A stretch of DNA of 64,000 nt from Octopus sinensis (Eukaryota), in NCBI RefSeq assembly GCF_006345805.1, contig NC_043006.1:102548001-102612000 (forward strand), read 5' to 3'. The position numbers and the translations under genes were made by a program. Below the pieces are notes generated by a model. It ran no database searches, was not told where the DNA came from, and worked only from the letters and a program-made list of their open reading frames with translations. Each line of letters starts with the position of its first letter. The stretch's first letter is position 1. Of the stretch, positions 35,514 through 47,199 are shown one piece after another.

Positions 35514-36439
35514 AAATGTAGTTCTTTAAGAAGTCATATTTGAATCATTGACCAAATATGCAAAAATGCGTACTAATTAGCGTAGAGAAACAGAATTGGG
35601 TAGGGAATAAATAACTTCGAAATACCATCTGCATGAAAAACTATAGTGAAATGGTGTTTGTCTATTTTAATGCATATGAGTGGGAAGAGGGGGAGAAGTA
35701 CCCCCCCCCCCCAAAAAAACGACAAGATGTAACTATGTAACTCATTCTGGTTCGAAATAATATAGTTATGATTTTGTTGCCTTAATACTTACTGCCGACC
35801 AGTCTGCCTACCTATGTGCCTGTCCATTCATTGAACCATCTCCCCATGCAAGCAAGCAAGCAAGCTAACCAACTAACTAACCAACCAATTATCCATCCCT
35901 CCGTCTTCCAGTTCATCCATCCACCCTCTCTGATTTCAGCTATTGGAGTGCGATCTTCTTATTGGGTAATCAAAGGCTTTGGTAAATTATCTATACGGAC
36001 ACCAGGTGATCATTCTATCGATTTTCATTTATAGAAAGGCTGAGTTCGCATAGAGTTACGCCAATCTTTGGAATATAGATTGGTTAAATCCACGTGCCAT
36101 AGGGCTACATCCAATTATTGCGATCCTACACTGCCTTCACAGATACTTTTCATAAATTGGACTAACTGTATGCACCCTAATTTCTCGTTTACAGCTTTCA
36201 CTAGTTGGTTCCTTTCGTCACGGTGAAATTCCAAACGAGATATTTCCCACTTCTTACTATTCAGTGATCAGTGTCCTGTTGTATTGCTGTTCAGTATGTG
36301 GAGGAAGTTCGCAGAACCATAAGATTCCAATCTTTTTGAGAAGTACAGAACTTACAAATGTTTAACAACTACAACACACTATTTTACTATAAACAGATAC
36401 TGATTTCAAATTTTGGCACAAGGCCAGCAATTTTGGGGA

Positions 36440-36830
36440 AGAGGCTAAGTCGCAAAGACGTTCCTAGAAAATTCTCTTGGCTTCTGAAATAGTCCGACTG
36501 TCCAGCTCCGCAAGGGGCGTGGACAGCCACCGGATTGAAGGTCTTGCCACTATTGTGCGCCACATCAAGTACGACCAACTTACCCTCCGGGTCAACAAAG
36601 ATTGTTCTTGTCTCTAAAGCGAAATTTTTCCTGAGTAGAACTGCGATAACTCCCCACACCAGGTTGGCATGGAGAAATGAATTTCTCGTAGCCATTTAGG
36701 AGGGGTGAAAAGGCTCGCAGTCCGCTCAGTTTGATTTCTGTAGCAACTACCAGATCAAACTTGTGCGACCTGAGGTCGAATACGGAACCCGCAACAGAAT
36801 ATTCTACACAATCATCCCCTGACATCATAA
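36440..36830 (-). mobile_element. Tx1/L1-clade APE endonuclease fragment
   Basis: DLVVATEIKL, GVIAVLLRK, DPEGKLVVLDV, VAVHAP motifs in ORFs 36592..36828 and 36387..36695. Confidence 0.75.
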
Positions 36831-37337
36831 GCTAAAAGAACTCCTGTTAAGGGGTTCAAAATTCACTGCCTTTAAAAATTTTTTGTTACATTCTCTTGTG
36901 TCAACGCTTTTTTAACAAGGGTCCCTTTAGGCTTTATACAACACAAGGCCTCACAAATATAAATTCGGCCCAGCCTGATATCATAACATAAAACACAATT
37001 CATAGATTAAAGGAATAAATCAGAATAGACGAACTGAGCAGAATCTTGCACGAAAAGTCCTTCGTCTTAAGTTGCATACACTCTAAAACATTTCTATATT
37101 TACAACAATTTTTTTTCTAATATACTTTCTTAAGTGTATTTTTATACAGAAGACACAAATTCTTCCAAAAGTCTGTACATTTATTTTATGAAATAATCAA
37201 TTAGGATCGATATTGTTCTGATTCTAATCTATCTTTCTTTGATTGTTTTGGTTCTTTTCGTTGTTTTCTATAGAGTTCGTCAATCACGGTGACCTCAATC
37301 TACGTTATGTCGTCTGCATTATCCATCTAGATGTGTT

Positions 37338-37406
<69 letters not shown>

Positions 37407-37695
37407 GGTTGTATGTTTATATATGTGTATGTGTATGTAAGCGTACATGTATGTGTATGGGTATACGTATGTATGCATGTGTAAAGTACGTATGAATCAA
37501 TGTATATAAGTACATATGTATATAGTTGTACGTATGTATGTATGCATGTATGTATAGTTGTATATGTGTGTGTATAAACGTAATCTGAAATATTACACTT
37601 GTGTTCATAAGCGTTTAAGTGTGTGTGTGTCTTATAGAATTTATAATGTCCTATATTTTGTACGATTACATATGAAGCACACACACACACACACA

Positions 37696-37735
<40 letters not shown>

Positions 37736-37816
37736 TTCCATACATACACAAGCAAGTATGAACTCATAGAAACAAAAGCGTAGAATTCCTGATTATGCTT
37801 CTACAAACATACTCAC

Positions 37817-39195
37817 CTTTGTCTGAAGAAGCGGCAGCACGCCTTGGAGACTCCAGAGCAAGAAGAGGCCATTGGACTGGTTTAAATAAACCGTATATGT
37901 ATGCATGTATGTATGTATGTATGTATGTATGTATGTATGTATGTATGTATTGTATGTATGTGTGTGTGTATGTGTGTATGTGTGTATGTATGTATGTATG
38001 TATGTATCTATGTATGTATGCATGTATGTATGTATGTTTGTATGTATGTATGTGTGTGTGTAAGTGTGTGTGTATAATTATATGTATGTATACACACACA
38101 CACACATGAAAACTAAGCGTACACAAATACTTAAACGAAAAAGACGATGAAAAATACAAACATGGCTGCCATTCGCTCCTCGGAAGCTGTTGAGTGAAAG
38201 CGAAAATAATTTCGGCTGTTTAATAATAGAATAGCTCGCTTCAGAGTGCCAGTAGTGCTTTTAGGGAATTGTCTAGCGAGGACAAGATGGTAGAAAATGA
38301 ATGCGATATACAAAACAATACAAGAAGCATACAAAAATAATCGGAAACTACGAAAAAATATGTACGTCGCGTAACTAGGTCTGTTGACTTAACAGAAATG
38401 ACACGGAGAATAATTAGCTGTATGGCTAAGATAAATAGCTGCACGGGGCAAAACAACAAAGGAAGTTTTGTAATTTCCGTATACCTGGTTTCTTCTTGTA
38501 TCGAGTGTCGAGCGCGTTGTAAGACAACGGTGTGATGACCATTAGTTCTTGTCAGAATATATACCTGGGAGAAGTTGTTCTTGTTGTTTGTTCCTTGTCG
38601 AGCCATGTCTGGCTAATAAGGGCCGGTTTCCCGGTTTCATTGGCGTATAGGTTCCCCACCTAGACGGGACGCCAGTCCGTCACAGATGAGCTGCAACATG
38701 CAGAAGGAAAGAGTGAGAGAAAGTTGTGGCGAAAGAGTCAACAGAAGTTCACCATTACCTTCTGCCGAAATCCCGCAGAGCTCAGGTGTTTCGCTCATAA
38801 ACACACACACCGTCCGGTCTGAGATTCGAAGCCGCGATCCCTCGATAGCGAGTCCACTACTCTAACCACTTGGCCATGTGCCTCCACACCAGGGAGAGGA
38901 ATAATCTTAACATTTTTATCACCGTTTCTTGTGGGTTCCTTTGTTTGGGAAGAATATGGAATGTGGAATATTCTGATATGAAACCTAAAGGTTTGGCATG
39001 ATCCGGTGGTTTTATTATAAAGGAGGACTACGTGTAATGCAAGTTACAGCTCAGACATCTATCAGCTGGGAGTGAATACCTCTGGGTATCCTGTAACATG
39101 CTTTCGCTGATTGTTTTAGGTACCCGTGTAGTCTCAGGCTGACGTGCAAGTCTCGCTGGATCTCTTACGATTTAAATGGCCGAATATTTTGACAG
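37817..39195 (-). CDS. Candidate exon cluster of an unidentified gene: 39195-39169 (27 bp), 38547-38485 (63 bp), 37876-37817 (60 bp)
   Basis: Each has AG/GT boundaries (ctctctttctccAG..C|GTAAGA; ttctgacaAG..CAG|GTATAC; ttatttaaaccAG..AAG|GTGAGT). All lengths are multiples of 3, and the spliced product is open in two frames. No homolog recognised. Confidence 0.5.
38575..38887 (-). mobile_element. Chimeric SINE (family C-like head and body, family D-like tail)
   Basis: 5' part resembles 28821-29205; the 3' gacggactggcgtcccgtc..gaaaccgggaaaccggccc resembles 39457-39700. Confidence 0.65.
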
Positions 39196-39456
39196 CTGGA
39201 GAAAGAGAGATGTACCAGCACTGGACTGGTATTCATTACAGCTGAATAGACTTGAAAACGGGGGAAATGAAATGCCTTAAGGACGCAACGCAAGTCCGAA
39301 CCTGGATTTGAAACTACGACTTTATTCTCATGAACCAACACTAAGTCACGCACCTTCATACTGCAAGCTCATTCATTATAAAGGAGGGATCAGCGAAACT
39401 TATATACACACACATAAACATAAGCATGTATGTATGTATGATATATATATATATGT

Positions 39457-39700
39457 GGAGGAGCGTAGCTTAGTGGTTAGGGTGTCAGCATCATGATCGT
39501 AAGATTGTGGTTTCGATTCCTGGACCGAGCGACGCGTTGTGTTCTTGAGCAAAACACTTCATTTCACGTTGCTCCAGTCCACTCAGCTGGCAAAAATGAG
39601 TAACGCTGCGATGGACTGGCGTCCCGTCCAGCTGGGGAACACATACTCCATAGAAACCGGGAAACGGGCCCATGAGCCTGGCTAGGCTTTAACAAGGGCG
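39457..39700 (+). mobile_element. tRNA-derived SINE family D (related copies at 9597-9830, 14212-14410, 39830-40110)
   Basis: agcgtagcttagtggttagg..ggtttcgattcc head, ttcttgagcaaaacactt core, (TACA)n tail. Confidence 0.8.
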
Positions 39701-39722
39701 CATACATACATACATACATACA

Positions 39723-39758
<36 letters not shown>

Positions 39759-39765
39759 TATATAG

Positions 39766-39812
<47 letters not shown>

Positions 39813-40276
39813 GATGAACCCCACCGTCGAAAATGACATATGAGTGTTCAGCTTTTGCCGAACTACCTGCACAAGTGATTTGTTTATAGTGATCAAATGT
39901 ATGTAGTGTGCAATAGCTCAGTCCATTCATCAAATCGACGTTACCTGAACAACTGCACGGTGTGTCACCTGTCAGATATCGAAGTGGTCGCAGAGCAACG
40001 TGAGATGAAGTGTTTTGCCCAAGAACACAACGCACCACCCAGTTTAGGAATTGAAACTACTATCTCGCGATCGCCAGCGCAACACCCTCACCGCTTGGTT
40101 ATGCATCCTCATATATATAATATATGTTCATATATATATACACAAATATACACATACATGCATACACACACACACACACATATATATATATACATACATA
40201 TATATGTGACCGCATGTGTATCGTTAACGATTTTTTTTCTTCCGTTTTCCCTTCCTTGGATCTTTCCTTTTTCTAT

Positions 40277-40311
40277 GTTTCTGACGAAGAGCTCCGCTCG
40301 AAACGTTAAAT
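40277..40311 (+). ncRNA. Minimal type I hammerhead ribozyme motif in a Penelope-like repeat (40205-40410)
   Basis: gttt-CTGACGA-a-gagc tcc gctc-GAAA-cg-T-t-aaat: intact core, stem II GAGC/GCTC, palindromic ACGT stem III, stem I GTTT/AAAT. Confidence 0.75.
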
Positions 40312-40426
40312 CCTCTTCCTTTCGTTCCTTTCCTGTGCGTCCAATAATACTATACTTCTTCCACGTCCTCGCGTTGTTGTCTTTTCCTCTTTTGTGTTCG
40401 TGTTTGGATTAACTATATATATATAT

Positions 40427-40483
<57 letters not shown>

Positions 40484-40617
40484 GCATTTTCGTTGATTTT
40501 TCAAATTTTACCCTTACATTTCCACTTGTATTTTATATTTTCTTTTCGTAACATATTTCTACTATATATATATATATATTATATGACTGAACGCCACGCA
40601 TCCTTTTCCAAGTAAGT

Positions 40618-40716
<99 letters not shown>

Positions 40717-40719
40717 GTT

Positions 40720-40791
<72 letters not shown>

Positions 40792-41621
40792 CCTCTCTCT
40801 CTCTCTATTTATACGTACATGCATACCTACGTACAAATATATATGTAAGAGCAACATTCGACAAGGTTCTTTCGCACAATTTTTTTCTTACACACATTTT
40901 GTTACGAAAGTGTATGAAAAATCTTAAAATGTATGTATAGATTAATATTTATTAATGTGTGTAGTTCTTAAATCTGGTAATTTGTATTAGTTTCAAGTAC
41001 CACAAGGTACGAATATAAACCAAATTCTTGTTTTCAGAATCTTGCCTGATAACTGATTTAACTATATCGAGCGTATTTAATACAGTAATGAACTGCGGAA
41101 ACTTCAAAGAAGTCTATGTGAATTGGCATTTCGGTAACATGAAATTAGATTGCCAAATATATAACTAAATTGTAGGAAAATAAGAAAAGAAAGCTGAACT
41201 ATTTTTAATGATATTTATTTGTTTTAGTAAATGTCTGGTCAAAACACGGAGGAAAATTTGACAAAAAACGAAGCCAATAAAATCGGAGATATTTTAATCA
41301 GATACCACATCATAAAATTACAGTCTGTTAATATTTTAATGAAAAACAGGCAATGATACAATTATCAGGTTTTAAAAACTATCATGTACTATTAGCATAG
41401 GTCTGGTCTCCATGGTAGCCGTGCGTCGAAAATCTGGTCGAAATATTCTCGAGGCTGAACAAAACGAGTACGCAGCTAAATGCCGTTAAGTGTCGTATAA
41501 CACCGAATAAGATAGTGAACAATAAGAATTCAGATGATGTTACTTGTTTTAGTGCTTAATGGTATTGTCCAAGTTGGTAAATTGATAGATACATCTACAA
41601 ATAGAAAAGTAGGAAGATGTG

Positions 41622-41789
41622 TGTGTATACATATATTAATATATACTATTATATATAATATATATATATATATATTTATATATTATATATATATATATAA
41701 TATATAATATATATACAGTATATATATATATACCACATATATATACACACACTATATATATATATACTATACATAATAATATATATATA

Positions 41790-41820
<31 letters not shown>

Positions 41821-41900
41821 CATATAATATATACATATCATATATATATATATATAATAATATATATATATTATATATATATATAATATATATATATATG

Positions 41901-41932
<32 letters not shown>

Positions 41933-42118
41933 TATAATTGTGATATGCATATTAATTGTGATTTATATATATATTATATTATGTATTATATAATATATAA
42001 TTATTTATGTATATATATATATACATATATATATATACATATATATATATTAACTATATATATATACATAAATATATATATATATATACATACATATAAA
42101 ATATATATATATTATATC

Positions 42119-42149
<31 letters not shown>

Positions 42150-42205
42150 ATATATAATTGTGATATGTATATTAATTGTGATTTATATATATATATTTAT
42201 ATATG

Positions 42206-42242
<37 letters not shown>

Positions 42243-42305
42243 TATATATATATTATATATATATATATATATATATTCATGTATATATATATATGTATAT
42301 GTATG
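41622..42305. repeat. Interrupted (TA)n tract, about 680 bp
   Basis: Almost pure alternating A/T. Confidence 0.95.
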
Positions 42306-42315
42306 TATATTGTAA

Positions 42316-42748
42316 TATGGTAACTGAAGACAGAAGATGGAAGATACGAGCATTTTTAGTAATCACGACCATTATTTCGACAATCTAGCATCGATCACTG
42401 ACGGGTGGGGAACTTAACAACCGCATTTATATAAATCAAAAATAAAATAAACGAACACACAATCGTTTCTTTTTTGCATCTGTTATTTTATTTTTGATCT
42501 TGTATATAAATGAAAATATATCCTCTGTTTTGCTGCTTTTCTTTCTACGAAATGAGAAGATACTTTGCGAAACTTATTTTAAGGAGTTATATCTATTTAT
42601 CACCCGATAAAACACATCTACACCGCCGGATGCTCCTGAACCAGTTGTTAGGTGCCCCGCCCGTGAGTGATCGATGCTAGATGTGTCGAAACAATTGTGA
42701 TTAATAAAAATTCTCGTATCTTCAATCTTCCGTATTTCATTTGCCATA
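42316..42748. mobile_element. Foldback element with about 104-bp imperfect TIRs
   Basis: 42316-42420 is the reverse complement of 42645-42748 (shared gaagatacgag, atctagcatcgatcact, acggg); TA at both ends. Confidence 0.8.
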
Positions 42749-42810
42749 CATATAACGAACATTGTGAAAGTGACCGTGCTTTACCAGTAAGCTACCGGAT
42801 ATAAATCATT

Positions 42811-42842
<32 letters not shown>

Positions 42843-42852
42843 CTATATATAT

Positions 42853-42885
<33 letters not shown>

Positions 42886-43079
42886 TATAGGCGTAGGAGT
42901 GGTAAGTAGCTTGCTTACCAACCACATGGTTCTGGGTTCAGTCCCACTGCGTGACACCTTGGGCCGTTTGTGTTCGAATAGCTGAGTGGTCGGAAATTTA
43001 TAACTGCCCTGAAAACAGTATATATATGTTTCCTTGTTTCAAGCTCCCATAGGCGGTTCATTGTTAGTCTGAATTGCGT

Positions 43080-43780
43080 AATGAACTGTATCTTAGTTAT
43101 TAGGAGTTTTAACCTGTCCATATTCTCTGCTTAGGTTTAATGTATCATTGTCAAGATTGAACAGAGTTGTTCTGTCAGGTGTTTAGTTGGAGGAAGTGCA
43201 CGCTGTTTCAACTTCCTACGCTTCATTAGAGAATGTCGTGCGGAAAATGGAGTTCAGGATATTATATTTCCAGAACTTGTTTCAAGAATACAGTTATAGT
43301 CTGCGATTTGTGGACCACATTTAGGCCAAGATTTTCCTGTAAAATCTATCAATTCCCTTTCATCAGCAGACAATTCTGAACTGGGTGTTGGAGAGTTAGA
43401 TAACCTTCAATGATCACGTCAACAATGAATAGATATACAAGAAAGGTGAAGTAAGGCTTCAACTTCTGCAAGTCATTAAACCCGGTTAGGAAATTACGAA
43501 ATAATCTTTGTAAATTATAGCTGTATTCTTCTAATTTGCAGTCTTTTATTTCAATATTAGGAATTTTTTAAACTTTCCTACTGGAATTTAATTCTGAAAG
43601 TTTAAAGTTTTCAGTGTAAGATGAGAAACATCTTATCCTTTCTTTGGATGTCAAGTTGTGAGTTCGTTGATGATTCATGATATCGGTAAGGAACCAGATC
43701 TTGCATTTATTCTGTAAAGAATTTACCTATAACCATGGCAGGCTGAAGCCTAGAACTATTAAATCTCTTAAGGCGGCCTT
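43080..43780 (-). pseudogene. Decayed hAT (Charlie/GTF2IRD2/EPM2AIP1-like) transposase C-terminus
   Basis: FLTGFNDLQKLKPYFTFL..VDVI, ILQENLGL..HKSQTI, YPEL, FRTTFSNE; many stops. Confidence 0.6.
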
Positions 43781-44099
43781 TAACCGAGTTGTATAATGAT
43801 TATGACACAGTCATCGGCCTTTCTTATACAGAATGCACAGTGAGATCTAAAGATCATTTCTGTGATTTTCCTAGCCTCCCCCCCATTTCAGACTAACTAT
43901 TTGAGGCTGATAACTCGACACTGGTATTGGTATCTGCGTTGATTTTCTCCTCCCAAGAAAGCTGTGAGATTGGTAAGTTGAATGAGCCTCTCTTCATCTA
44001 TTCATCTCGGGTCGTCGCTATTGCCTCTGTTCATAATTTCCCAGTTGATGGAATTATATTCTTTTCCTTTTTCAGAAATGTAATAACTGGCTCCAACAG

Positions 44100-46200
44100 A
44101 TCAACAAACATACTCAAGAAAGACGCATCGCTGCGTTTATCTTCGAGCTCCAGTTTTTTAACTTTTGAAATGTTAGTAGGTCTTCCTACTGAAAATTCTA
44201 AGGACACTTAAAGTATCTGATAGCAATGATTAGGGAAGAACTCGAAAGCCGGGGTCACTTAGCTGAAATTTCACTTCTTCTAGTGGCCATAATTATTGGT
44301 GGTCAAGGTTTGGCCTGACATCCTGTAAGTTATTGTTATTGTGGAATCTAATGGATTTTTCAAGAAGCTTTCATAATAGTTCTTTAGGAATATCTAGTTC
44401 AGCCATGAAACCCTATTCTTAGTACCTTAACTTGTCCGCCAAACGTTGATATACTAATTTCAGATCATTTTTAACGGCAAACATTTAATGCTATCTACAG
44501 ATCTGTATGTGTTATTACATCTTTGTTACTCTTCAAAATTTCTCTCATGAAATATTCACACTTGTCTCGAGTATTACATTGAAAACATTATTTAAAAAAA
44601 ACTAAAATGAGAGACTCCTGCCTGGGTGATCTGCATTTCAGATTTCGTCATTAGATTCATATTCAAATGATTTTTTTTTCGATATATTCTTTTACTCTTG
44701 GAAATCAGTTCAGCATCTACATTTGAAGGAAATTTATTTTCTATTACTCGCGGTGCTTCGCATTCCTTGCATGAGAATTAATTAGTGACTTTATTCAATT
44801 ATGAAACTGACGTTGACAGTTCCGTGTGGGATTCTGTATAGTTCTGCTGACAACATTTACTCTGTCTAAGACATACCAGACATTCGTCATCACTAGAATC
44901 TGCGATACAAAAGCTTCTGCTTCATTTCGCATTTTCTGACCAAAAGCAGACATTTCTGAAAATTAAAATCTTGTATTCTCATAATTTCATATCTAATGGC
45001 TTTGTCGTATGTTCTAATCTGCATTTCATCTAGTCCCGTAAAAATAGTTTTCCAATTAGGTATTTACTAATTTTTATCCAGTATACACTGTCGTTCAGGA
45101 GAGGCAGAAAATAATCATAACCGGCAGACAGTACCAAAACAATGAAGTGGATATTCGGTGACTTGTTACTCTATCAACAACCAGATAGCATAAAAAATCG
45201 TGGATTTTCCATCATGATCTGCGTCTGAACCTATTAATTCTTCCTCTTCATATCTGAACTATTATCGTAGTTGTGACCTCTGCCGTTATGGAATTCTAGC
45301 TTGATCTCTCTCAGAAAGTCAAGTATACTTTCGTATAAAAATTCGCCTTTTGTAGTATCTATAACTGGTTTATAACTAGCAAAAAGTTTCTTTATTGAGA
45401 TGATTTATACATCTAAAATCATATTGTAACTGAAAGCTACTCAACATGACTTATATCTGGCATATAGTCTGAGATAAGGATGAAATATTTGTCTTCTTTA
45501 GCTCGGTTTAATATATTTTCCTGAACAGCATTTCCCAACAAATTGATTATTTCATTCTGAAAATGTTTTCCTCAATACTAAATGTGAATTTCTTTAGACA
45601 TAAACCCGACGGAAATAGACACAACCCGACGTTCATTGTCAGAGTAAATTTTACAAGTTGCTCAACACTGTCTAAAAGAAAAAAAAATATCTCATTGTAC
45701 GATGTAAATAATGTATTTGAAGTTCTTCCGAAAGGTAAATTGTGATCAGTTTCATACAGAGTGTTCATTAAACGTTCCAAAGCTTTATACTAATGTTCTC
45801 CTTCTTTTTCCATGTCATCATCTTTTTATAAATAGTTTTATTAGTCTGCAATCGCAGTGATGTCTCAAACCACTTCTTAAGACATTCCACATGATGTACG
45901 GAATTTTCATGCAACTGCAAATATTCATGAGCATACTTCCAGTCATTAATTCCAGATTTTCCTAAAAAAAAAAGAAAAAAAAAAAGACTCATTCGAACAG
46001 TGAAGAACGTTGCAGCAAAAGTAATAAATTGTATCTGCGCTTTCCGGAAAAAACCAAAAACCAAAACCATTTTGCTTCTAAGACGATGTTCATCGTTGTT
46101 AATTTCCCTATACATCATTGTCACAGCGAAACTACTGCTTTTCTTGTTTCTCTACGTTTATTTGTAACTTTCGGAAAACTGCAATAGGATGCTACCTGTT
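44100..46200 (-). pseudogene. Decayed hAT transposase (ZMYM1/DUF4371-type)
   Basis: SGINDWKYAHEYLQLHENSVHHVEC, NLPFGRTS, KYFILISDYMPDISHVE, GRGHNYDNSSDMKRK, FEYESNDE, FPN..YQILL. Confidence 0.8.
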
Positions 46201-46953
46201 CATAAGAATGCTATCAGTTTCTGCCACTGATTATTCATCTGGCCTCTGTGCTGGATCACACTAACCGACGTGTGTTTGATGAAGTTTTTCAAATTTGCTT
46301 CTAAAATTCTTAGAGCTCTCTATTGTATCATTAATAAATAATCTTCAACAACGTATCGAACATGATCGTAATGTTTTGATTCATATGGACAACCTTTCTT
46401 TCCTTCAAAGGGCACAATACCTTCAATTGTTTTGTCATCACAAATATTAGATGACAAACGTAGAGCGGTAGATCTTACTGATGTCTGTAGTGCTCCGTTA
46501 GACTTTGAGGTTGATAGAATAGTTTTCGTTGTTTCTTTTTTTGGTTCCTGCTTCTCGTTGAAGACGCCATTTTTTACTTCATGGCCGCTGTTTAGATTTA
46601 GATTCACTGCCCTAAACCGCTTACGCAGATAATCCACACGCTTAGAGACATATATTACATCTAATCTCATCATGTGGCAGGCATCTGTAATAAAATAATC
46701 ACTCGACATGGAAACAACCGCTGCGGTTTGCGAGCCGAAATGCAAACAGACGGTTCTTGAACATTTGCTATCTTCCTTATAAATAAATTTCGATTTCGAA
46801 ACTCACCAGAGATGTCTTAATTGCAACCTGGCACCTTATCTTGAGATTAGGCCGTTTAAAAACTTTCTCTTACTTATCTCACATATTTGTTGCCGTTTCT
46901 TTCTTCTTTCTTGCACATACACCTTCAAGAGAGAAAACACAATTCTTACATGC

Positions 46954-47008
<55 letters not shown>

Positions 47009-47123
47009 CAATAATAAAAGGGTAAAACTAATTAATTATTAATTAATTTCTAAAAGTTCGCTGTGTGGTAAAGTAAATTATTTTACTGAACCCTAATTAT
47101 ATATATATATATTATATATATAT

Positions 47124-47154
<31 letters not shown>

Positions 47155-47199
47155 GTACACAATATGTAGGCACAAATGTAAAAGAGAGAGCAAATAGAC

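Noticed and set aside
46320-46745. 141-aa ORF next to the hAT fossil
   Set aside because: No recognisable motif or splice context; cannot be assigned
43000-46750. Possible endogenous RNA-virus polymerase (long microsatellite-free coding-like block)
   Set aside because: Translation shows hAT motifs (NDWK..HE.S..H, D..PDISH, RG..YDN) and no RdRp motifs
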